Shown here: in pieces, positions 12,201-24,200 of the stretch | Layout: each line of letters opens with the position of its first letter | Position numbering within the stretch: the first letter of the stretch is position 1 | Assembly: GCF_031769215.1 (NCBI RefSeq) | Contig: NW_026782195.1 | Location: 434,001 to 498,000, forward strand | Length of the DNA: 64,000 bases | Origin: Ylistrum balloti | Taxonomy: Eukaryota | Direction of reading: 5' to 3' | Notes under the pieces: model-generated | Seen by the model: the letters and a program-made list of their open reading frames with translations, nothing else | The model's database searches: none | What the model was told of the DNA's origin: nothing | Program-made: the position numbers and the translations under genes

Positions 12201-15200
12201 GTGCCTGAGGAGGTATGGCAAAAGTTGTGTGAGGACGGTATTGTCTTATTCCTTAACAGAGGCAATGACAGAACTGGAATTTCACTTTTAATCCTATATC
12301 AAATTTCAACAAAATAGTTTGTAAGGAATAAAATACAAGATAATGTTAATATAAATGTGAATATCATTTCATATTATATACTGAATACCTTAAGCTAGTA
12401 GAGCAGTTCTGCTGTCTAAGATACAACACGCAATGTCTTCAAAACCAATAAATCAGTTGTACAAACTTACGCCTTTCTCCTACAAATCTTACCAGCAAGT
12501 TATATAAACTGATGTCTCCCTCCAAACGACTGCGTCTGTGTTTGAACTTTACAATCGGAACCTTAGCTGTGGTGATGGAAAACACATGGTAAAGGCCTCG
12601 GTGCTTCTTTAGCTTCTGTGTAATTTCTTCTATCACTGCCACTGGGTCCAGACCCTTAGTAAGGGGACAACACAAAGGAGGTCATATTTTGGAACACATG
12701 AAATGTGCATTCTGGCAAAAAAGGATTCAAATCCAAACCTAAATCAAGGTATTGTCTGTGTACAGAATTTGTTATAAACAAAACTTGTCTGTCTAGAAAA
12801 TATTGCTAGACTGTTGGCTTATCTACTCCTGAAAAATTCAATGAAGTTTGCTGGTAGTTTGGCCTCTCAACAACAGAATTATGAACAGCAAATGATAAAA
12901 TGGACAAATCCAATAAAAAAAAAATCAGGGTGAAAAGTAACATTTTATTTGAGTGTCACTGGTAATAAGGAAAATAAAATAAGTATATATATGTTGAGGC
13001 TAAATCTGTGAAGTGAATATCTGAAAATATTCAGGAAAGTAAATGTGTAACGGTTCCAGCATTAGAAATGATAAATGTTAAAAGATGTAAAATTGTAAGC
13101 ATCTGCATCAGACAGTACACGATGATTTAGATATGAAAAAATAATCCAGTTGCCATCCATATTGTATTTAAAAAAAAAAAAAGGAATTCTCACACCTAAT
13201 ACCAAATAAAAAAAAAGTCTATGCATTTGGAAAACTTTTTAGCAGGTACCAACCTCACTAGTAGGCTTGCCCTGGAAGGTCACACAAAGGTCAATGTCAC
13301 TTTGTTTAAATCCAAATCCATTATGTGATGACCCAAATAAGTGAAGTTCAGCATCTGTAATGTTGATAGAAATAGTGTTGTTTAATTCTGTTGTAACTTA
13401 ATTTATAATCAACTGAATTCTTATAATAAAAATAAAAATCTAGTTGGAAAAATATTTATCATCAACAGCCAAAGTGGCTTTGTATTGAATTTCGACCAGA
13501 TCTGTATTCAACAGAGTTTTACTTATTTAGCTAAATCAGAAGTTATAATACTGTAAATTTAATATTTTTTGAGGGTGAGCTATTTTCATTAATTTTGTGG
13601 GTACTCTTAATCAATAAAGTCACATGTCCATTAAACATATATATGTAGACTCATTGAGCTTTGCCTAAACACAATATCAAGTGTCCAAAAAATGATATTG
13701 AAAAATTACCCAAATAGTTTCCGATGAAACCATATGATTTTTCTTGCTATTCAGTGAATACAACAATGTAAAATATTTTTTGTGTTTTACACATGTAATA
13801 TAATCTCTCGTGAAGTCAGGTTTCAATAATGAAATGACATCACACTCTAACAGACTGTATTGTGACGTAACAAAAGAGACCATATATAAAAACCCAAATG
13901 ACAAGAGTGTGATGCGGAAATGTCTATTTTCTACAATATCTGCTCGAATAATCGATCATTTGATGAAAAAAATATTTGATTAGTTCTATTTGATTTGTGA
14001 TTTATGAAATGTATCCCAATTTTTTTCATTTTAGCAAGCCTTTAAAACCAACAAGAGACACCATGGAGATCTCGGTATCATCATTGTTTGATCTTTACTT
14101 GCTCTTTAAAAGTTTGATCTTTTCCCTTCTTTCTAATGTTTTTGCACTTAACTGCAGGAAATTTGAAAAGTCCTCTGACGAAACATGACAGTAAACTTTA
14201 CATCAAATGGGCAAAACTCAGGAGTAAAGATATAATCAGTGTATGAAATTTCAAAAAGTATTTCTCAATCAAAGCAATTTAACAACTTTCATTGGGTATC
14301 CACAACAACCACTTATCAGCCATTTTGAAATTTGAGAAAGATTCATCTTGTACTTCTAAAGAAGAAGCCATATCCGGAATTGTTCAAGATCTGACGACAA
14401 ACCAAACACATTGCAATTTGACCAGTCCACCATTTCTTTCATAAATCACACATCAAATAGAAAGAGTAAGATCCTGCAGATCTTGTATATACCTGGGTAC
14501 AGCTCCTGAATGAACTCCTCCAGCTCTAGTCTGATATCCTCTCTGTCTGCTGATTCTTCTTCCTTGACAGCAACTTCTCCTAAAAAAAAATCCACACATT
14601 TCAGTTTTTAAATGGCCTGCATCAACATCGAAAACACCAAACTTACACAGGATCTGGATCTGTAAAATCTAATGCTGACTTAGACAAGAGTTTCTCAGAA
14701 CAATATGTGTCACCTGCGTAAAGTGTCACGGTTACCCAGAAATTGAACTGGATGTGCAACGATCAACCATAAAGATGTAATACCACATTTCATTTCTATA
14801 ACTTGAAGCATAACCAAAGAAAGTCAAGAAAACAATATTCCCAGGAAATTTTCCAAGTTGAAAGGGGCATAACTCTGCCAAAAAGGGTCACAGACAGCTG
14901 GGAATCAAACTTATCTGTAGCCTTGTAACAAGAAGCCATATACCAAATTTCATTTTGGTAACTCAAAGCATTACCGAAAAAAGTCTGAAAAAGCTTTCGT
15001 ATGGACGCTGCCGCCACCGCCGCCAACGCGTGACAACGGACATAGTGATTCCTAAGTGTCCGCCAGCTCTGCAGGCGACACAAAAACTGAGTATTGAGTC
15101 CAAAAAGTTTATTTCTATGAAAGTGTTGTAAATACATATCAGTGAATAAATGTGACACCTACTTGGTACCTGCTTGATTGTATTGGTAAGACACCTCAGG

Positions 15201-18200
15201 AAATCTTTTGTCATTTTCGGCAGTGGTTTGAGATCAGGGAGAGCCTCTTCAGGGCAAGAATTTTTCAGATGGCCTTCTTTCTCACAAATACTACAGATGA
15301 TCATCGGACCCTGTATTTAATAAAACATGTTACTGATCATAGCTACAGCTGATAATTAACAGAGATCTAAATTCATGGTAAATACTGTATTAAATGTATT
15401 ATTTAAGTTTGCGAGGTTAATAAAGCATTATTTGTTGCAGTTTTGGCTAGTTTATGGAGATTGAATTTCGCACTACACCAACTTTAGCAGTAAACAGAAA
15501 AAACATATTTTCATATTATAATTTGATATTAACATTCTCAAAGATTTTGATTCACTGTAAAAATGTTTGTTTGTTATATAAATCTGTGTAATCTTTAAAG
15601 ACCATTAATGAAGTGACATTACATGCCTTACAACAAGAAGAATCCTGAAATTAAGATCAAAGGCTGATAAAGCCTTGCAACAGATTCCAATAAGGTTATG
15701 AATCCGAAAAACAGTTGTCAGGGTTTCAGAGAAATCTGTAGATTTATAGAATGCGTGGAATAAAAAGATCTAAAACAACTCTATCATTCACTTTCTCTAG
15801 ATGTAAAAAGACTATTATTCAATATTTATTCAATATATTTATTCAATATTTATTCAATACTTAATAATCGAGATCTTCTCAGTAGTATTAAAAGTTCTAT
15901 GTGAAATTCTGGATATTTTGCTTAACAAAAAGTTATTTAAGATTTTCACATATTTGGGTTTCTGAAAGTGAAGGAAGGTTATTCATTAACAACTTTGATC
16001 ACTTGTTTTTCCAGCATGCTTCAGGCTAAATGTCATGACCCAGGGACTTTTGATTATTAAAAAGTTGTTCAATGTTTTAAACACATTTGACCCCTGTGAA
16101 GTTGAAAGTAGAAAAAATTGCTTCATTTGAAAAAAAAACCTTGAAAGCCTTTCAGCCCAGCATAGTACTGGCGAAATATTATTTGCCAAAGACTTTTGGT
16201 CACTAAACTAAGTTATTTAAGTCACTTAGAGAAAAAAATTGATGCCCAATGGACAATTGAAAGATAACAGATGCTGCACCACAACATAATCAGCTTTCTG
16301 ACAGCCGACTTTAAACTTAATTCTAGAAATATAAGAAGATTACCTTTCCATCGGTGAACTTTTTCTCCACAAATTCAAAATCATATTCTAGATTGAGTAT
16401 TGCTTGTGAATCTGGCTCAGGAGTACATTTCATTTCCCTTGAATCAGTACCATCATTTTCAGGCTCTGGAGTACACTCAACTTCCTTTGAATCAGGACAA
16501 ATATTTTCAGGCTCACAAGTACTCTCTCCTTCCTTTGAATCCTGGCTGTCATTTTCAGGCTCTGGAGCACACTCCATTTCCTTTGAATCATGGCTGTCAT
16601 TTTCAGGCTCTGCAGCACACTCCATTTCCTTGGAATCAGGGCTGTTGTTTTCAGCTGTTGGAATACTCTTAACTTCCTGTGAATTCACTTTTGCCGTCTT
16701 TGAATCCAGTTCCTGACAGATATTTACAGACTTCTCCTCTGAATGAACCGTCTCCTCTTCCTTTGTAGTTGCCAATTGCTCCTTCAGATTTTCTTGAGTT
16801 TCACAAACACTTTGATCACCGAGCACCAAATTATCGCACCTTTCCACTAAAATCTCTTCAGCAGCAGTATCAGGTGGTTTGGCACTTTTCTTCTTTTTAT
16901 CCATTAGAGTCAATTCTGATAACGTGTTCACTAATGAGTCTTTGGCGAGTTGCTCTGAGGCAGATTCAGAAGGAATGTCTGAGGATTTCGGATCAGAATG
17001 TACAACAGACTGTGTTGTGTCACTACCACATGCACAGCTGTCGGTTAATTCTGCCTTTACAGATTGAGACAGTTGTGTTGATAAATTTTCTCTTGTTGGA
17101 TCTAAACTAGAATTATCATCCTTCTTATTTTCTGCACCACTTCCTTCTGGTGTCTCTACTTTGTCCTTTTTCTCTAGACTAGAGAAATCTAGCTGCTTTC
17201 GAATGCTGCTAGTGCCTTCTCTTTCAGCCTGCTTATCCTTATTTTCTGCTTTTTCGTTGCCGCCTTCATCATCCAACTCCTCCTCTGAGGATCCTAATAT
17301 GATAACATCAGAGTTGTCTTCAGACTCATCTACAGTTTCCTCAACATTTTTCTTTTCTTCACTACTATTCTTTTTATTTAGTTTCAGTTTTTGTCCTTTC
17401 TGCTCTTTCAACTTTTCCTCTTTCGCTAGTCTTTCTTTCTCGGCCTTGGCCTTCAGCCGCGTCTTTTCTAGAGCTTGTTTTTGCTGAACTGAAAGCTTGT
17501 CATAGTTTGTTGGTAGACTGAAGTAGAAGTAAGACTTTCTGAAGCAGTCCCAGATGTACTGAAACACCTCGTAATTCGTCACAGACCGTGCAGCATTTCT
17601 CTTGTTGGAAAATGGATCTTTGGAGAGAAAAACCAACTATTTTACACTAAACTGAACCTCATATATAACTGAAAAACAATAATATTTCCACAATTTCAAT
17701 TTGATATATTCCTTTACCATCTTGAGGTATATTGAGATAAACAACATTACCAATTATATCTGCTTTTACTATATGATGCTTTGTGTGAAATTTCACTTTC
17801 GGTGATTTTTCGAAAAAATTTCTATTGGTTGGCAATGTCAATAGCACAGAAGTTCTGATAACACCAGTAAAAGATTAGAGTGTGACGTTTTGACGACAAC
17901 ACAGTCACCTTCATCAGGTAAATGACCTGTGTGTTAGTATGCTCCACACTGATCATTTTTCTGATGAAGGTGACCATGTAGTCCTCAAAATGTCACACTC
18001 TAATCTTCTACTGTTTGTGATTCAACAACTTCTATTCTATCTACCACATTTCAGTGAAGTAGTAAAAATTGCCACATGGATTTATTTGTGAATTATCACC
18101 TTCAATGGCCACCCTCTTTGTATTCCATTTCTTTTGAGACCTGGTAAGGTATTTTTCCTGTCGCAGGGATACCACAAACTGACTATTGTCAAATTCTAGG

Positions 18201-21200
18201 CAGTAGAAGCGAAGCATATCCAGCCACAGTGCACCCACACTCTTACTATTTTCTGTCCGCCATTTTCCTGCCTACAACAGCGACCAAATGAATAATAATC
18301 CAGTAAGTGAACTTTTTCATATTTAAACAAAATTTAAAGCTGCAAAGCAATTTCTTCTCATGGGAGCTATTTGTCACACAAATCTTAATCTTTCTATGAA
18401 TCTATGAGACTTTTATCAGTATTTTTCATTGTTGTTATTGTTTATTTGGTATAACTGAGGCCCAACAGTCCTCAATAACTCACCCGACCCTACAGATCAA
18501 GAACCAGGCTTCATCAGACCATTATCTTTTTGCAAATTTGAAAGCCTGTAATGCCAAAATTCTACTACACAAGAACCACAACATGATGGGTCATTGAAAT
18601 GAAGTAGCTTGGAGTTCTTGGAGCATGTTTGATCCCTGAGACATTATAAAGGTCATATGTTTGTATAAACTTGGCAGCCCCACATCCCAGCATGAATGAC
18701 ACTGATTTTCATCTCATGAACTTGGACCTCCTTATCAGTGTGATGAAATTGTTTAAAGATTTCAACACATTTCTGGCCTGGAAAGTGGGTCAGTTGGGTT
18801 AGTGATTCATAAACAATTTAGCATTTTCACAGCATCATCTGTACTGAATCCACCACACTACCATACTGTGTTGTGTTGTACATGTACTATCTAGGATTTC
18901 TACAGTACTTCACAGTGTTACAACAGCTTTATTGCAGCATCTCCATGGTGTTTCCATCTGATGTAGAACATTAAACATGTAAGGATCTGTACCATTCGTT
19001 GGCTTCATGATAGTTATTAATGTCAGTATGAATTTGTAAAACAATTTTACAAGAAATGTTAAAATATGATATCCTGCTATTGTTCATATATTTACCTCTT
19101 CTTTGATCTTGGCGAAGTTTGCTTCCTCTGGAGGCGGTGTCTTCTTTCTCTTGGTAGGAGATTTACTCTCATCTTCATCAAGGCCCTGGTGATACAGAAA
19201 CAGTACATAGATACAGTAAACAACAAGGCCTCTTGTACACACCTAAGAATGCACTAATATCACAATTCCCCTCCCCCACTACCTCCCAAAGATCAGCCTC
19301 AATACTCTCTGTATCCCAAGACCATGTCATTGCAAAATTGAAGGTTCTATGTGGACAAGACTAAAAAGACTAGTTTGATCCTTTGATGTAACATCAAGGA
19401 ATCTTGAGGTCACATAACAGTATATTGTTGTTGCTTTGAAGTTGGGTGTTGCTCCTTTGTAATCTTCAAAAGGAACATATCAGCCTGTGATTGGTCAGTT
19501 TTTTTATCCTGGAACCAATCAAATCACTTCACATGTGCCTTCAAGTTTGCCATGACATATTCCAGGGGTGCAGAGAGTGAAAGTGATTGTAACCCCTGGA
19601 GCATCGAGGATGTCCAAAGACTATCTAACTTCATCATCTGGAACCAATGCATATAATGTGATTTTATTTTAATATTTTTATAATTATATAGCATTCTGAT
19701 GATATACAAGGACATACCAATTAAGTGCTGTTTCAATTTCATTTTTGTGCCATTAAAGAAATTTGAGTTTTTAACAGATTTTCCTAGATCAGACAAGTAA
19801 GCAATAAAATTCATTACAAATTCTACATGATTCAAATGAGTTGCACCAAAGTACAACGACTTACCAAATCAAGCACTGGAAGAACAGCTGGTTTACACTT
19901 CTGTAGATAGTACACAACCAATAGGGAGAAACAGTAAGCTGGAAGAGTACCCTCATCTTGTCTGTCTATTTTACAGATCTGATAATATAGAAATATATAG
20001 ACAAGATAGTACACAACCAAAAAGGAGAAATAGTAAGCTGGAAAAGTACCCTTATCTTGAAATGTCTTATATCTTATGTTGAAAGAGTACCCTCATCATG
20101 TCTCACAGATCTGAAGACAAAATTAAGGCAAAAGTATACAAATATCTGAACAAACTGTCCACTTGTTTTGTTTATTTTACAAAGGCTTGGGTAAGTAATG
20201 TACAGCTGCTATACATCTTATCATGTCTGTACACAGTATAATTTATCATTAACAATATAAGCAGGTAGGTAGTGTACAGCTGGTATACATTTTATCATGT
20301 CTGTACACAATATAATTTATCATTAACAATATAAGCAGGTAGGTAGTGTACAGCTGGTATACAATTTATCATGTCTGTACACAATATAATTTATCATTAA
20401 AAGCATCTCCCAGATCATGGCTTTGACTTTGTACAAGGCACTTTACAGTTTTTGATAATCCTGGTATCAATATATTAGAGGAGACACTGAGAGGAGTACT
20501 TAGCCATTAGCATTCGGAAAAACCAAGAAATTGAAGCTGGTTATGTAAAACCTACCTTGGCAAAGTATCTGAAAATTATTCCAAGCTTTCTGACCCTCGG
20601 GTCAAGATCTGCATAAATACAAAGCAAAGTGGACGTCTGGGGGGCCAGGGATCCTGTGACGGTCAGCTGGCAGGACAATGACCCGGAATGGTCAGAAAAG
20701 TAGATACATGGAACTTTAGCTGAGAAGTCACTCTTCACATCCTGGTAGTCTTCTGTTGATACATATCGATGTTCAAAGCTTGTATCTTATAAACCTCATA
20801 TATGTGTGACATTAATTACACAATTATATTATCCTTAAACTATCTTCATCACAATATATTTGACAGGGAGAAAAGACAGCATTATCAAATGTGATGAATT
20901 ATTTCTTTGTGTCAAATATGAGATAAATAAGTGATAATGGTGAGTAATAAGTCATTACCTGACTCCTTCATGACCTTGAAAGCCTTAGTAAGGGCCTTTG
21001 CCTGACCTAAGTCCCCTTTCACCAGCAGATCCATGTTAACATCACAACCCTTCAGTGCAATTCCTGTGTGTGAGGATCCGTAAAGCACAACACTGACATC
21101 TGGAAATGGAAAACAAGAACCTGCCTAATTTAATATCTCCATGAATGCACACAACAGGAATTAATTTTTCAAAGGAAACCAGTTTGCAGGATAACCAAAT

Positions 21201-24200
21201 AGTGGATAGGCCACAGATCTACCAGCTTACATATTAGCTACAAGTCAGCCAGGCTGCAGGATTAGCCACTTGTCCGTCTGCATACAAGATTATCAACTGG
21301 CCTTACAACCTGCAGAGTTATTAATCATTGGTCCGTCAGCTTGCAGGATTACCTACTCATCAGCTAGCCTATAGGATTTTTATTAGCTACTCATCAGCTA
21401 GCCTATAGGATTTTTATTAGCTACTCATCAGCCAGCTTATAGGATTTTTATCATCTACTTATCAGCCAGGCTGCAGGATTAGCTACTTTTCTGCCTGCCT
21501 ACAAGATTATCAACAGGCCTGGCAACCTGCAGAGTTATTAGCTATTTTTCCATCACTCTGCAGGATTAGACATTGGGTCACTCAGTTGCAGGATAAGCAC
21601 CTAATCCACCAGCTTGTAGGATAACTAGACAATGGTCTACCAGCTTGCAAGATAAGCCACTGATCCACTAGTTGGCAGAATTACAAACAACTTGTTTGCC
21701 AACCTTCTGGATAATTAGTCTACCAGCTTGAAGAATTTGCAACTGGTTAAAGAACTCTTAATTGCTCGTCTGTTGGATCTGTGGCTTTAACAATTTTCAT
21801 TGGCAAATGTGTATAACAAAGTAATATGATGGATTTAGGCTGTAGCTGTTGTTCATTACTTCCATCCTCTTTTTCGAGAGAATTTTTATTTAACATCAAA
21901 ATAATTATTCTTTTTCTTTTTAAAAACAGGATTCTGTAAAATCATGGAGAGTTTAATTGATTACACTATCAAACCCTTAAATCCGAGAAAAATGACAGAC
22001 CACCATGTTTAACTGATACCTAATTCAATTATAAACTTCAGCTTTAATAATGTAAACACATTGGTGTACAGCCATTATGTAATTGTGATGAGTACCTGGC
22101 TGAGTTTTGCAGAGAAATGTTTGAAGATTTTTAGCTGCCTGGGCCCTGTATTCCAGATCCTCTTCTTGCAATGCATGCTGACGGTAAATTTCATCTGCCA
22201 CGCGATCAATGGCCTTCACCTGGTCATCTCTCACAGCTGGCATCTTCTCCAGAAGTGTCTCAATTTTGTTAATCTATCACAACATACATTGTTTCTATAA
22301 ACATTGTTCATGTCTCAGTAATCAAGATATCCTTTTAACCCTTTCGGCGCCAAATATCTCTCACAATGTACAGCTCAACGCCAAATATCTCCCACAATGT
22401 ACAGCTCAGCGCCAAATATTTTCCGGAAAATATCCGAAAACAATGGCAGCATTACTGAAACAAGCATATCTTGGCTGATAATAAAGATATAAAAATTGTC
22501 GACCAAAGTCGCATACAGCGACCTGTCTGCATGTCGACTTTAGTCGCCTGCGGCGGCCTGTCTCCATGTCAACTTTAGTCGCCTACGGCGGCCTGTCGGC
22601 ATGTCAACTTTAGTCGCCTACGGCGGCCTGTCTGCATGTCAACTTTAGTCACCTACGGCGCCGAAAGGGTTAAAAAGTAGGATCCCCAGCAAGGGATCAA
22701 TGCATTTACTAGTACACATGAATGTAAACTGATGGGACAATTGGTATATTATTTACAGTAGTATACTTTTTCTAACTGATTATCTGTTAGAGTTGGATGC
22801 TCTTTCCAATTTAGTTAACTGATCAAATATTCAGACACTTTTCAAAACCTATATGGTTTAACTTTTGCCTTTAATGCTATTTAGATACAACAATGTGGTT
22901 TTAAAATATCCATCCATTTTGAAGATTTAACAGTGCAATTAATAATACAAAATGGTATGATAAAACAGTAACTAATTTACTCCTTTTTTGTAACATACAC
23001 TTGTAGCAAAACCAAATCTCAGGTTCAATGTACATGGTGTAAATGTTAGACGAGATAAGATGATAACAGTGTTGAAACTGTACACACAGTATGATATACC
23101 TCTATTCTGCGTTTATGACGATTGTCCTGCATATGTCGGTCACAATCCACAGGAGTATCCATATGATAATCACACAGACGACAAAAAAATTTGGCCTGTA
23201 CAAACCTTGTTGATTTCTGAAACAGGAACATTATCATTATTGTGTCATTGTATGAATTTGTGAATTTAAAGGAAATTATTCGTGTTTTGAAATATCATCA
23301 GGATTCCTGTTTTCTGAAATTGTGTAGATTTCTCCAAAGAAAGAAATTTGCAAAGAATCTGGTTGATTTTATTTTATGATTCATAGATTTGAACTGAAAA
23401 TTGTAACAAAATCGTATGGTAACGACATGGTTCTGCTTGTTTAAATCATACTGTAGCCTAATGCTTTTAATAATTTAGAAAAATTTGAGTAATAAGAATT
23501 TGAGCACTTGATCAAAATTGCTGGTAAAGACTCTCTCGGATATAGAAATTTCGCTCGAGCATCCCTGTCAACAAGCTGACATCAAAAAAAGCAATCATTC
23601 TGTGTGAAAAATTCTTCATTTGGGCATTTTAATATAAATCACTATTATGGATTGATCAATATTCAGGCTCTGGTAAAATAAAATCAGCTCCATCTAACTT
23701 GCACACATTATGAGATTACATGTATACTGTATGCAATAAAACAGAAACAGAACATACCTTTTTCAGTGGAAATATTCCGGTTTCCTCTAATTTCTTCAGT
23801 AAGGCTTCCTGTGATAGTACCTGTTTTGCCTCCTGATTTACTCCTAAAACCACAACAGATGTTGATGAAAACTACACAAACACACTCATCAATCAACACT
23901 TACTAAAAAATGTATTAAGTACTTTATCAGATACATGTAAAAATGAAGAAACTCACATGATCTTGTCATAGAGTGATGATATGCTAATGATGAAAAGAAT
24001 TCAGAATCTACTCATTGATTACTGTTGTCTTTACAGAAAGTGACACTCACATCTAAACAAAAACATCAACAAATCGCTCATTTCTATTTACCTGTATATA
24101 AACAATGATTGAAGAGCACTCTATTTACATATGTAAAAACACTTTGAGGTCTTACTTTTTACTTGTATGTATGTGTTCCTTATTGAAGACATTCTTGGTA

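Noticed and set aside
18470-18990. Possible very old Tc1-like transposase relic on minus
   Set aside because: Only scattered 3-5-residue resemblances and no TIRs.
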